This document shows positions 16,503-26,254 of a stretch of DNA of 64,000 bases, one piece after another; the first letter of the stretch is position 1, and each line of letters opens with the position of its first letter. This DNA is from a virus: IMG/VR virus record IMGVR_UViG_3300033146_001917, positions 32,001 to 96,000 of that record; one strand, 5' to 3'. The notes under the pieces were generated by a model, which was given only the letters and a program-made list of their open reading frames with translations, was not told the DNA's origin and searched no databases. A program made the translations under genes and the position numbers.

Positions 16503-17081
16503 TTATTCCCAGTTTGGAATTATCTTACTATATTTTTTATTAAGCTCATTTATATAGGCAATGACAGGAACACCCTCCGCCTGAAAAAATTTATCAGCTT
16601 TAGTACCAGGCCGTCCTACTATTGCACGAAGTTTCTTAAACTCGGTAGGGTAAAATTTCTTGAATCGCTTAATAGCTACTCGGCCTTTGGGGTCTAGTAA
16701 ACCTTTGACTTCTACCCACAAATTACCTACTTTAAAATCGGGACAGTAACTTACTGTTCCACGTTTGATTCCGAATTCAAAGAAAGCAAATACTTGTGGT
16801 TCGTAATCCCATTTTTTACCTTTAGAATTCCACCATCGAGCTACATTTGCTTCCCAGTTACTACGAAAGAATTGATCTAGATCGAGACGACGACCTATTA
16901 CAGATCGTTTGTTCATTTTCTTGGTAATTTTTTTACCATCAAATTCATCTAGTTTTCTTTTAATTGCAGCACGAGATTTAGCTAATGCTATAGTCAATTG
17001 ATTTATAGATATCGTACGATTCTTTCTTAGGTACTCTTCTTCTATAGGAGACCATACGATTGCTCCTCTATTCCAGCCCAT
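16503..17081 (-). CDS. PD-(D/E)XK endonuclease with N-terminal HTH
   Basis: FRSNWEA, WDYEP, YCPDF, VEVKG; N-terminal WSPIEEEYL motif. Confidence 0.8.
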   Translation of the reverse strand: MGWNRGAIVWSPIEEEYLRKNRTISINQLTIALAKSRAAIKRKLDEFDGKKITKKMNKRSVIGRRLDLDQFFRSNWEANVARWWNSKGKKWDYEPQVFAFFEFGIKRGTVSYCPDFKVGNLWVEVKGLLDPKGRVAIKRFKKFYPTEFKKLRAIVGRPGTKADKFFQAEGVPVIAYINELNKKYSKIIPNWE

Positions 17082-17790
17082 AATTAGTTCTCCAAGATTT
17101 CATAGCAGATCGTGACTGTTTTCCAAACAGTCCATCTATTTCACCTTTATACACATTGTCACGTTGCATAACAAGTTGCATATGGATAGCTATTTGTGTT
17201 CTCATATTAGATAGATTCATATGTATCCCTGGACAAGTTTTACGAAGTTTTCTACTGCCTTTAAACATAAACCATCCAGTATTTTTTAATTCTCTATGAC
17301 CTATAACAGCATCTGGAGAAAATCCAAAATTAAGACAGGCATTCCCAGCATGAGCATATGTTGACTGTAACATTTCTGTTGTAGGTGCGTACACATCAAC
17401 ACCCTTATCATTGCTAACTCGATACATCATAGCAATAGCAATAGAGCCAGGATTCCATACACCAACATGCCAGGATACTTTAGTATATGGTAAAGTATGA
17501 ATTATCTGATGATTAGGCATTATAATATCGTGATATGTTATTTCTGGACATCCAGTTTTTGAAATATGATTTGGGCTAATATCATATTCAGCTAATCGCT
17601 GTGGTGTAGTAACCCAATCAGTTGTATGTATCACAATTCTATTAATCTTAGATACTTTACGTGTTTTATAATATTTAGTTGGATGATGTGGCAAATCGAA
17701 AGATATATCTTGGTATTCCAAATCATGAATCTTGTTCAAGATCTGCTTTTCGTTTACGTTGTAAGTCACGTGATCTCCTATATTGTTCAC
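17068..17790 (-). CDS. N-acetylmuramoyl-L-alanine amidase with C-terminal peptidoglycan-binding motif (endolysin-like)
   Basis: IVIHTT, YHDII, WHVG, N..SIAI, GHRE, KTCPG, GEIDGLFG. Confidence 0.85.
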   Translation of the reverse strand: MNNIGDHVTYNVNEKQILNKIHDLEYQDISFDLPHHPTKYYKTRKVSKINRIVIHTTDWVTTPQRLAEYDISPNHISKTGCPEITYHDIIMPNHQIIHTLPYTKVSWHVGVWNPGSIAIAMMYRVSNDKGVDVYAPTTEMLQSTYAHAGNACLNFGFSPDAVIGHRELKNTGWFMFKGSRKLRKTCPGIHMNLSNMRTQIAIHMQLVMQRDNVYKGEIDGLFGKQSRSAMKSWRTNYGLE

Positions 17791-18871
17791 TACGATATTG
17801 CTTGGCTTTCTTTAATTGTTCTTTGTGATAATCAGATTGTAGATATTTATTTCTAGCTTGTTTAGTAAACTCTAATTTGCTTTTTACATAACCTAAGTGT
17901 TTTTCTTGGCTCTTAGTTATATTACCTTTAAAACTAACAGCACGTTTCAATTTGATACTACCAGGACCATTACCAACTGTATCAATTAATGCCAAAACGT
18001 AATCTTTTGTAAGCTCAACTGTATAAGGAATACGAATAAGATGGATGCCTAATGTAGAACAAAGATCATCTTTCCTCTCATCTAAATATTTAGCATGAGA
18101 GAAGTCATTTTTCTTTGGTTGGAACATTTTAATACGTTCAAAATGTTGTATACCATCATATTCAAAACCAATATTTAATGCAGGTATAAATACGTCTAGA
18201 TGAAGACTTTCTCCTAAATTAAATTGAGGCCAAATTTGTAATTCAGGAAACATAGAAGTAAGTAAATTAATAAGAACTTCTTCGCCTACAGAGCTAGTAC
18301 GTTTTATTTCTTTATTCCATTTTTTGTAATAACAAAGTGATCTTACCTGGGCTATAGATGCATGTGTAGAATTTGCAATATCTACATATGTAAATGTATA
18401 TCCATGTGACATTTCTTCAACGAGGGCAAGCTCTTTCTTGGTCCAAAACCTTACGTTTCTAGTCAAACCTAACTCAACCAGTTTAAGATGAATTGTTTTA
18501 TCTGTTTTCTGAAGTGCATCAGACATGTATGTAAGTGTCATACCTGCTGCTTTCATAGTTTTTAATTCTTCTAATTCTTTCTTGGTCCAGAAAGAAATCT
18601 TTCGAAGACCTAAAGAAATAGCTTTCAGAACAATGTCATCTTCAGACCGCAACAATAATACTCTTAATTCTTCATTAGAAATTGAGTCATATTTAGTTGT
18701 AAGAATTTTTAACTCATTATCAGACCAAAATCCTGGTGGAGTAACACCTTGATCATATAAAATTTTATAGACCTTAATGAGTGATAGATCTACTGTTCTA
18801 GCTATTTCAGTTACTGGAACTACACCATAAAGATTAAATATAGTGAGATTAAGTTGTCTATTTTTTTTCAT
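17723..18871 (-). CDS. Vsr/DUF559-like endonuclease with three Myb/HTH-like N-terminal repeats
   Basis: FWSDNEL/FWTKKEL/FWTKKEL repeats; SVGE, LDVFIP, EYDGIQHF, DERKD, LIRIPY. Confidence 0.78.
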   Translation of the reverse strand: MKKNRQLNLTIFNLYGVVPVTEIARTVDLSLIKVYKILYDQGVTPPGFWSDNELKILTTKYDSISNEELRVLLLRSEDDIVLKAISLGLRKISFWTKKELEELKTMKAAGMTLTYMSDALQKTDKTIHLKLVELGLTRNVRFWTKKELALVEEMSHGYTFTYVDIANSTHASIAQVRSLCYYKKWNKEIKRTSSVGEEVLINLLTSMFPELQIWPQFNLGESLHLDVFIPALNIGFEYDGIQHFERIKMFQPKKNDFSHAKYLDERKDDLCSTLGIHLIRIPYTVELTKDYVLALIDTVGNGPGSIKLKRAVSFKGNITKSQEKHLGYVKSKLEFTKQARNKYLQSDYHKEQLKKAKQYRSEQYRRSRDLQRKRKADLEQDS

Positions 18872-18873
18872 AA

Positions 18874-19065
18874 TTATACGTAGTCAAAATCAATCATACT
18901 ATTATAATTGTATTGGTAACTATAGTTATCTTGATCAATAGCTTTAATCTTGTCTACAATATGATCCATTTCTGCCTGAATCAAAGCATTTTCAGCTGCA
19001 TTTTTTTTTGCAGCTATTTCATCCGAACTTGATAATGCATGTACTATGCGTTTGATATAATCCAT
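18874..19065 (-). CDS. Hypothetical protein
   Basis: 63-aa ORF in tightly packed run. Confidence 0.55.
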   Translation of the reverse strand: MDYIKRIVHALSSSDEIAAKKNAAENALIQAEMDHIVDKIKAIDQDNYSYQYNYNSMIDFDYV

Positions 19066-19376
19066 GATTGTCTCTTAGTTGAAACAAGTAGTTCGTGAAT
19101 TTTTTTCATATCAGTAACCCCTTGTTCCTCTGCGTACCGAGCTAAATCTTCTGCTAAATTATCGTCAGTAATAAACTTTAGATTAGCAAATACGTCAGAT
19201 GTCCAATCTACAGTATTAAGTACAGCTTCTTCAATATAGCAATTACCTTGTTTCGGTCCTTTAGTTATTAATATAACTATAAATTCTCGAAAACCATACT
19301 CTATAGTTGCAAGATGTAATGCATGAGCATTCCCAGGCATCTTAAAAATATTAGAGTTTTTCAGACGGAACTTCAT
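19044..19376 (-). CDS. Hypothetical protein
   Basis: 110-aa ORF with AAGGA SD. Confidence 0.65.
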   Translation of the reverse strand: MKFRLKNSNIFKMPGNAHALHLATIEYGFREFIVILITKGPKQGNCYIEEAVLNTVDWTSDVFANLKFITDDNLAEDLARYAEEQGVTDMKKIHELLVSTKRQSWIISNA

Positions 19377-19716
19377 CCTTAATTTTATCCTTATTACGCG
19401 TATCGTTAAGTCCTTCTACTGTATCTAAAAAGTTATCATATCCATCACTACCTAGATCACGAGCTTGACGAATAGTATGAGGCTCTACAAGGTGCTGACA
19501 ATGTACGCATCTAAGCATTTGAAAAGGAACGTCACCTGCATTATACGGCACACGTTGTCCTAACACTAAGCGATGTTCTTTTTTAAATCTAGCAAATTCA
19601 ACTTGTTCGAACCACCTGGATCCACATGTTGGGCATTCGATTAGGTCAAGAGACTTTTCTTCTTTGCTACGACGCGCAGCACGCTGAGTGGCTTCAAAAT
19701 CTTCATAGTGGCTCAT
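19351..19716 (-). CDS. Zinc-ribbon protein
   Basis: CPTC...CVHC; GGAG SD. Confidence 0.7.
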   Translation of the reverse strand: MSHYEDFEATQRAARRSKEEKSLDLIECPTCGSRWFEQVEFARFKKEHRLVLGQRVPYNAGDVPFQMLRCVHCQHLVEPHTIRQARDLGSDGYDNFLDTVEGLNDTRNKDKIKDEVPSEKL

Positions 19717-19820
19717 TGTTTATCTCCGTATTCTTTGGACTTCTTTAAGTCCTGTGGTTCTGTGTCCTGGTCTTTTAGAATGGCAATAATTTTACCATTC
19801 TTATCTTGTATTTTAAGCAT
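19713..19820 (-). CDS. Very small protein (35 aa, not in ORF track)
   Basis: MLKIQDKNGKIIAILKDQDTEPQDLKKSKEYGDKQ fills the gap, AGGA SD, ATGA overlap with next gene. Confidence 0.55.
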   Translation of the reverse strand: MLKIQDKNGKIIAILKDQDTEPQDLKKSKEYGDKQ

Positions 19821-20520
19821 TACATATTTCCTGGAATGTACATGTGTTACACATAGCTGTTCGTGATGTATAATTTATACCTTCACGAATGGAAGCAGCT
19901 AATTGAGCTATGTGAGATTTGATAATTTTATCAGAGGCATGTCTAAACATAAGATTACTGGTAGTAAATACACCGTGATTACTAATGGCAAAGTTTTGAA
20001 CTTGCATTTTATCTGAGTACAAACTGTTTGTAATCATTATTCTTTTTCCTCTTACAATAAGACTATTATACATTTCTTGTCTAGTAAGGCTAGTATCTGA
20101 AAATGTTACAAAACGTACTGGGTTAGCAATATGTATGAGATCTATTGTATCTGTTATAATTACATGACTAAGTTCCATTATAACTGGTACATTTACATAG
20201 ACTTCATGAATATCATTTTGATATTGAGTGTACCATCGTTGTAATCCATGCAATACATATTCTGCTAATTTTCTAGTAGCTTGGAACGCTTCTTTATCTG
20301 TTATATCTACGTTCTTGAATACTTTTGTATCTACTAATTCTACTATTGTTCTCCAAGGAACTTTTTTATTTGTTTTTAATGTGTATGTATATGATCCTTT
20401 AATAATTGCCATGATAGTCTTCCTAACAATATGTATAGGAGGAGAAAGCGACCGCCGTTTAAAATTAAAATAAGCTGGACACTTAGCAAAATTATTAATA
20501 TCCGTAAGGCTAACCTGCAC
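19813..20520 (-). CDS. Cas4/RecB-like PD-(D/E)XK-fold protein, probably catalytically degenerate
   Basis: N-terminal SLTDINNFAKCP and C-terminal CNTCTFQEIC cysteines; IDLI present but no DxK motif. Confidence 0.55.
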   Translation of the reverse strand: MQVSLTDINNFAKCPAYFNFKRRSLSPPIHIVRKTIMAIIKGSYTYTLKTNKKVPWRTIVELVDTKVFKNVDITDKEAFQATRKLAEYVLHGLQRWYTQYQNDIHEVYVNVPVIMELSHVIITDTIDLIHIANPVRFVTFSDTSLTRQEMYNSLIVRGKRIMITNSLYSDKMQVQNFAISNHGVFTTSNLMFRHASDKIIKSHIAQLAASIREGINYTSRTAMCNTCTFQEICNA

Positions 20521-20986
20521 TTATATCAACCTTAAGTTTGACAAAATGTATCTGTTTATCAGTAATTAATTTTTGAAGGGCGCGTTGATCTTTTGATAAC
20601 CGTTTAGCATTACCAGTTTTAACATCTATAAAGTCAACACATCCAGGCTCAGTGTCACTAGGGAATTTTATTCCTATAAAATCTACTATATTACCAAGAG
20701 GTATTATTCTATTATACTCCGCGTGTAATTTAGTATATCCTACTAATTCTCCAAGTACTCCTTTATGAGTATTAACTGATCCTTGTATAGACTGAAGTAC
20801 CTTAGTAGGCATTTTGTCAATAGCTTGTTCTAAAGGATGTAAATCTACTGTAACATGTGGAGTAGGAATTATAGGCGCAGGAGGAAGGGTTAACTTCACC
20901 TTCCGTATTTCAATCACTGTAAGTATGGCTCCTCCAAGTACAATTAATACCCCAAGTCCTATTAATATTGTATTTATTGTATCCAT
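20510..20986 (-). CDS. Membrane-anchored Holliday-junction-resolvase-like endonuclease
   Basis: N-terminal TM helix; KGVLGE, LGNIVDFIG, FIDVKTG, LSKDQR. Confidence 0.75.
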   Translation of the reverse strand: MDTINTILIGLGVLIVLGGAILTVIEIRKVKLTLPPAPIIPTPHVTVDLHPLEQAIDKMPTKVLQSIQGSVNTHKGVLGELVGYTKLHAEYNRIIPLGNIVDFIGIKFPSDTEPGCVDFIDVKTGNAKRLSKDQRALQKLITDKQIHFVKLKVDISAG

Positions 20987-20989
20987 TAG

Positions 20990-21181
20990 TTATCCTTCGT
21001 GGTTTAGGTTATTCCATTTACTCCATGACAAATTAGGAGTTCCTGACCATGATGGTAATTTAATTAAATTAGCAGAAGTTGCATTACAGTGTTTGCATCT
21101 ATCAGTTATTTTATCTGATGTAATTAAATACTCTTCTATCTTTCCACATTTTTTACATTCGTAATCAAAGATACGATACAT
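20990..21181 (-). CDS. FmdB-like zinc-ribbon protein
   Basis: MYRIFDYECKKCG...CKHC; start at TAATG overlap. Confidence 0.75.
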   Translation of the reverse strand: MYRIFDYECKKCGKIEEYLITSDKITDRCKHCNATSANLIKLPSWSGTPNLSWSKWNNLNHEG

Positions 21182-21699
21182 TATTTTTGTTCTCCTAGTC
21201 CTTCTTCTATAACCCATGTAGGTACTGCACGTCTTGTATATGTTAGTATATCCGTTTTTGCACCTAAATAATACATCCTATATGATTCTACAGCATTAGG
21301 AGAGATGTATAAAGAAGGAATTGTTAATGGTGGTGGTGTTAATTTTGTATCAGGAAAGGACCAATTCGCTGCATTACAAAACATAGTATCACGTCTAATA
21401 GCAAATCTCATATAACGTAATTTATACATATGCTGCTTATGCCATCGATACGTATATTCATTTAATAACGCTTTGAAATGATTCTTTAACCACTGATAAT
21501 TTAAAGGGGATAATATGCCCCACTGTGCCCAAGGCTGTTTTACCCAACGACGATGAACTAATGATTGGCTATTGGAATCAAGTAAGCTTTCTATTGTAGT
21601 TAATAATCTGTAAACCACTAGGATTTGAAAGATAATATGCTTATCTCCATGATACATAGCAGCTAGTTTTGGATCTTTAGCTAAATAAAAAGCATTCAT
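21181..21699 (-). CDS. Pyrimidine-dimer DNA glycosylase (DenV)-like protein, divergent
   Basis: MNAFYLAKDP..AA.YHGDKH, NYQWL, EYTYRW.K.H, AVESYRMYY...K, R..P.W. Confidence 0.65.
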   Translation of the reverse strand: MNAFYLAKDPKLAAMYHGDKHIIFQILVVYRLLTTIESLLDSNSQSLVHRRWVKQPWAQWGILSPLNYQWLKNHFKALLNEYTYRWHKQHMYKLRYMRFAIRRDTMFCNAANWSFPDTKLTPPPLTIPSLYISPNAVESYRMYYLGAKTDILTYTRRAVPTWVIEEGLGEQK

Positions 21700-21702
21700 G
21701 TA

Positions 21703-24138
21703 TTAGTCCATAAAGCGTGTCTTCTCGTTAATTTTACTAGATGCTTCTTGCTCTTGACGACTAGCAATAAGATTCATATCTGCCTGAGCAAAATCAGAAC
21801 TAGATGGGTAAAAATCAAAATAGATCTTATTTTTAAATGATGTAATCTTATTTTTACCAATATTTAACTCAACAGTAGGCATTCTAATTAGTTCCTGTTG
21901 TAACATTGAGTCATGGAAATATTCTGCTTTGTCAGCGTTTTCATGTACATCATTGTACAAGTGCCCAATAAAATTAGTGTCATATTCAATCTGTCCAGTT
22001 TCAATAATATCTTCATTACCTGCATGATCACCACGTTTAATCTTGCGATACTCAATAGTAGCTAATACAGTTATGTGATGTTTGGTAGCTAAGTCTTTCA
22101 TTACTGTCGAGACTGTTTTAAATCTTACACGTTCGTCACCAGCAGCGGCTTGAAAATCACGTAGCTTATGGAAATTGTCTAAGATATATACAATATTTCT
22201 CTCTGGAAATCGTTCTCGATAATATTTGATAAGCCTATCAGCGAAAGCAATTGATTTGCCATCGTTAGCATCTTTAATTACAAGACGTCCATTTTGTATC
22301 AGGTCTCGAATAACACCGTAACCAGTATCACGTTTCTGAACTGTATTGGAATTGTATTTTGCGTGATAGTTAGGATCCATAACTTCATTTAATGTAAGTT
22401 GTTTTGTTCCCTCAGCTACACATATAAATTTAGGAATTAATTGCTGTGCCGTATCGTCAATTGAATGATAGATAACAAGAGCATTGTTTTCAACTCTATG
22501 TGCAATTTCGTAGGACAACTTACTCATAAATGCAGTCTTGCCAGCATTTGCTTTTCCACCAATGACCATGAATACATCTTTTTTCCAGTCACCTGCTAGT
22601 GCATCTTCTAGCGCTTTAAGATCTGGACCTAATACATACCCGGAGAATGTTCCATCTTTAGATTCTTCATAAGTACGTTGAGTATCTAAGACAGACAGAG
22701 TAGATTCTAGAGAAAAGCTATCTTCATCAAATTTACGAGCTAAGTTAAACAAAGCTGCTTCGGCATCTTGCATTGCAGTTTCCACTGCGTCTGGATGCCT
22801 TTCAATAGTCGTAATCATTTTATCAATAATATTACGTTTCTCACGAGATTTTTCTGCTTCACGTAAATTTTGAAGCCTGTTAACTTCATGCTGAATAGTT
22901 GATAAAGTTACGCTTGTTGATTGTGCTAGAGCTTTACACTGTCTTTCCTGCTCGATATACGATGTTTCATTTACAATAAGTGGAATCATTGCTGAGCATA
23001 CATCGTTATCATCTGTTTCAGGATCGAAACGAGACAACCGCCATTCAAAAGCAGACTGCTTTTTTAGCCTGTTAAACTTAGCCATCCCATTTTCACGAAT
23101 AAATTCATCTGGATCCTGTTCATCAGGAATAATCATTACCTTAACGTTCAAGTCCTTATGACCACTTAGTATTTTATCTAAAATATTAGCAGTACGAGAC
23201 TGTCCAGGTTCATCACCATCAAAACATAAAATTAAATTATAAATGTTATGTTGTTTTAGCAATTGTACCTGTTCAACAGTGAGTGCTGTACCTCCAATAG
23301 CTACAGTATTTTTGATACCATGCTGAGCTGCTGTAACTACGTCTGAATATCCTTCGAAAATAAATACAGGTGTATTGCGACGCTTACGATATTTAAGTAA
23401 TTGATCTAAACCAAACAGTCGAGTACTCTTATGGTAGATATTACACTTAACTCCTGTATGTTTCTGATTAACGTATTTATGACCACGACCTTGAATGTAA
23501 TTTAGATCACGAGCAGCAAAACCTACAGGACGACTAAATTCATCTCGTATTGTAAATATCATTCTGGCTTCGCCAAATATATCTTTCCTAGATAAATCTA
23601 CGTCATCTAGAAATTTAGCTTGAAAGCCTATCGTTTTCATTGCTTGTCGGAATTCTTTGTAATCTGCTACACATCCTATTCCGTATTGATCACAAGTCTC
23701 TAAGTTCCATCCACGCTTTTTAGCCGTATCCAGAAATAGATTATCTTTTTTACTAGTGGTAACATAATTAGCTACAGCTGCATACGCTCTATAGGTATCC
23801 ATCTGATAGATTTCTTCTTCAGTTAATGGAGTAGTCTCTACTTCTATTTCATATTTATTAGCTAGATAGAGTAGGTTATCAGTTATGAATTCTATTCCTG
23901 TTAATGGTTTATTTTCAATGAGATGCGCCGCATGAAAAATATTTCCTGACACACCGCAGCCGAAACAATTAAATACCTTATTACCTTTCACTAACCCACA
24001 AGATGGATCGTGGTCATCATGCTGAGGAGAGATGCATTGAAATAAATTTTTACTTAAATCTATACCATGTTCTTCAAGATATTTAGGCAAAAATGCACTG
24101 ATCCGATCACGGACCTCATCGTAGTTCTTGACTTTCAT
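21703..24138 (-). CDS. DnaG primase fused to DnaB-like helicase
   Basis: CHC2 zinc finger, GFAAR, KYVN, TOPRIM EGYSD and FDGD, DPDE; helicase Walker A GGKANAGKT, GQIEYD, KNK. Confidence 0.9.
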   Translation of the reverse strand: MKVKNYDEVRDRISAFLPKYLEEHGIDLSKNLFQCISPQHDDHDPSCGLVKGNKVFNCFGCGVSGNIFHAAHLIENKPLTGIEFITDNLLYLANKYEIEVETTPLTEEEIYQMDTYRAYAAVANYVTTSKKDNLFLDTAKKRGWNLETCDQYGIGCVADYKEFRQAMKTIGFQAKFLDDVDLSRKDIFGEARMIFTIRDEFSRPVGFAARDLNYIQGRGHKYVNQKHTGVKCNIYHKSTRLFGLDQLLKYRKRRNTPVFIFEGYSDVVTAAQHGIKNTVAIGGTALTVEQVQLLKQHNIYNLILCFDGDEPGQSRTANILDKILSGHKDLNVKVMIIPDEQDPDEFIRENGMAKFNRLKKQSAFEWRLSRFDPETDDNDVCSAMIPLIVNETSYIEQERQCKALAQSTSVTLSTIQHEVNRLQNLREAEKSREKRNIIDKMITTIERHPDAVETAMQDAEAALFNLARKFDEDSFSLESTLSVLDTQRTYEESKDGTFSGYVLGPDLKALEDALAGDWKKDVFMVIGGKANAGKTAFMSKLSYEIAHRVENNALVIYHSIDDTAQQLIPKFICVAEGTKQLTLNEVMDPNYHAKYNSNTVQKRDTGYGVIRDLIQNGRLVIKDANDGKSIAFADRLIKYYRERFPERNIVYILDNFHKLRDFQAAAGDERVRFKTVSTVMKDLATKHHITVLATIEYRKIKRGDHAGNEDIIETGQIEYDTNFIGHLYNDVHENADKAEYFHDSMLQQELIRMPTVELNIGKNKITSFKNKIYFDFYPSSSDFAQADMNLIASRQEQEASSKINEKTRFMD

Positions 24139-24147
24139 GTGGTTCCT

Positions 24148-25086
24148 TTAGGCTAAAAGATTAAGCCTGTTGAGTTCTTGACCCTGGTTACAAAATGGAA
24201 ATGCAGCGCAGTAACTGCAGCGGCGAACCTTGGGTGGGCGTCGTTCGATACGACCATCAATCTTTTTATCTTGTTTATATTTAATTGCTTCTTCGTAACT
24301 TTTGCAAAGCTTGGCAGCTCGTGAACTAGTATTTCGATAAATAGCAAACACTTCTTCACCCGCCCAAAGTTCTTTCTTCGTACATAGATCTAATTCGTTA
24401 TCATCCTTTTGTAAATTATTTTCTAGTTTGCTTAGTCGTTCTTGAATATAAGCTTCAACTTCGTCAGAAGACATTAGTTCAATCTCGTAGCCAGCTAATA
24501 TTTTTTTCTGCGGGTATTTGTTATCTTGCCTTGCTTTCATTGATTGCCAATCAGTAAAAAAGAAATCAATATAACCAACAGTATTAACCTTGTAATCTGA
24601 TCCTAGTAATAGCCACCTGTATATAGATAACTGTAATTTATAATCAAGATCCTTACTCCCAAATACATAAGACCATACAGATGTTGTTTTAATATCACGT
24701 AGAGTTGCTACCTGATTATTATCTGTAACAAGGATGTCAAATTTACCAGATACTGTATATTCAATATTTTCTATCTGAATTTTCCTATGTAATCTTAATT
24801 CCTTGGTAACATTTTCAGATTCAATTCGTTCAATCGAATCATGAATAGCAGTGCCTATACGAGAAGCAATAAGATCTGATGCATCTTGTTGCAACGTATC
24901 TGCATGTCGCATAGTTAAAATATGCGACCTAGTAGGCTTCATAATTGTCGTGGCACTAATTGTGTAAGGATTTGAATTATGATCATAGTCATCATGAACT
25001 AACCAATCAACTATATATTGTGGGAAATTCAATTTATTTGTATATTGCATATGTTCCTTTGTGAGTTTAAATGCTTTTGCATCCAA
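24148..25086 (-). CDS. Cas4/RecB-like PD-(D/E)XK exonuclease
   Basis: GTAIH, SGKFD, DIKTT, QLSIY, C-terminal RCSYCAAFPFCNQ. Confidence 0.82.
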   Translation of the reverse strand: MDAKAFKLTKEHMQYTNKLNFPQYIVDWLVHDDYDHNSNPYTISATTIMKPTRSHILTMRHADTLQQDASDLIASRIGTAIHDSIERIESENVTKELRLHRKIQIENIEYTVSGKFDILVTDNNQVATLRDIKTTSVWSYVFGSKDLDYKLQLSIYRWLLLGSDYKVNTVGYIDFFFTDWQSMKARQDNKYPQKKILAGYEIELMSSDEVEAYIQERLSKLENNLQKDDNELDLCTKKELWAGEEVFAIYRNTSSRAAKLCKSYEEAIKYKQDKKIDGRIERRPPKVRRCSYCAAFPFCNQGQELNRLNLLA

Positions 25087-25123
25087 TATTATAACTTAAT
25101 TCCTCTATTCCTTCTACAGGAGA

Positions 25124-25567
25124 ATGATAATGGCCATAATAACACGTTGTCCCGATCTGATACCAATAATCCAATTCGACGATGAGAAACGCGAATATGC
25201 TGTAGCTAGCTGGAATCAAGACGAAGCTGGCGAAGCTGAAACTTACCTAGCGGTTTACGAATCTAAAATAATTGGAGTTATGCATGCAATGATGCATGAA
25301 GGTTGTTTATGGTCAGGAGGAACTGTAGTTAATAGATCGTACCAACATCAAGGTATCGCTAAGGAATTATGGAGTACAGCTATAAACAACATCCGCCCTC
25401 AAAAAATTAATATAACTGTTACAAGCGACCGAGGATATACTTTAGCACTATCACTAAAACATACATATCCTAGAATATCTTGGGACATTATCCAAAATGG
25501 GAATCGCTTACTACGTAATATGAAAAAAATAAAACTAAATAATACCAATGGTACGTATGAAACATGA
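25124..25567 (+). CDS. GNAT family acetyltransferase
   Basis: Acetyl-CoA motif A: VNRSYQHQGIAKEL; AGGAG SD. Confidence 0.75.
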   Translation: MIMAIITRCPDLIPIIQFDDEKREYAVASWNQDEAGEAETYLAVYESKIIGVMHAMMHEGCLWSGGTVVNRSYQHQGIAKELWSTAINNIRPQKINITVTSDRGYTLALSLKHTYPRISWDIIQNGNRLLRNMKKIKLNNTNGTYET

Positions 25568-25979
25568 CTATTGTGATGGGTGTACGGTCCGATGTTTCGA
25601 CAAACAAGAATGGTGTCTAAACGATAAATTTCATCCCAAAAATGGTCATGTTATTGAATGTGTTAATGGTGATAAATTCTGGTATTTGGATGATAAACTT
25701 CACCGTAAAAATGGACCTGCAATAGAGTTAAGAAATGGACATAAATACTGGTATAAAAATGGATTCTTAAATAGACTAGATGGTCCTGCAATAAAATATC
25801 TAAATGACACGCAAGAATGGTATCTGAACGGCAGACGTCACCGTGAAGACGGACCGGCTGTTGAACGGGCTGATGGCAGCGAAGAATGGTGGATCGAAGG
25901 TCGTAAACTTACTAAATCAGAATTCTTTAACATTATAGGTAGGTACAAAGTACGTATAAATAGAATAATAGAATTATAA
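25548..25979 (+). CDS. Beta-hairpin repeat protein (YwqK/MORN-like, LHRxDGPA repeats)
   Basis: About four 22-aa repeats W(Y)xNGxLHRxDGPAIE. Confidence 0.8.
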   Translation: MVRMKHDYCDGCTVRCFDKQEWCLNDKFHPKNGHVIECVNGDKFWYLDDKLHRKNGPAIELRNGHKYWYKNGFLNRLDGPAIKYLNDTQEWYLNGRRHREDGPAVERADGSEEWWIEGRKLTKSEFFNIIGRYKVRINRIIEL

Positions 25980-25991
25980 TACAAAAGTGAC

Positions 25992-26240
25992 TTGTTTGCA
26001 ACTACTTGGATAACACATGGACGTTGCAGTACGATGATTGATCATCTAACTAGAGATGGCAATACAGAAATAAGTATGCGTCGTACACAAGAATTTATTT
26101 CAATATGTATCAAAGATGTACTAGCGAATTGCGATTCTGAGTTTCTAAATTTATCTAAAAAGATACGTAAACAATATCAAGGTAGTATGACCAAATTGAT
26201 ATCAAAATGGTGGACAAATTATGTACGTAACAATAGTTAA
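25992..26240 (+). CDS. Hypothetical protein
   Basis: 82-aa ORF, start uncertain. Confidence 0.45.
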   Translation: MFATTWITHGRCSTMIDHLTRDGNTEISMRRTQEFISICIKDVLANCDSEFLNLSKKIRKQYQGSMTKLISKWWTNYVRNNS

Positions 26241-26254
26241 AATAGAGAAATATT

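Noticed and set aside
19813-25086. Cas4-like genes as part of a CRISPR-Cas system
   Set aside because: No repeat-spacer array, cas1 or other cas genes seen; solo Cas4-like nucleases are common in phages
25124-25979. GNAT plus YwqK-like pair as a toxin-antitoxin module
   Set aside because: GNAT toxins pair with RHH antitoxins, and LHRxDGPA repeat proteins are widespread in phages without toxins
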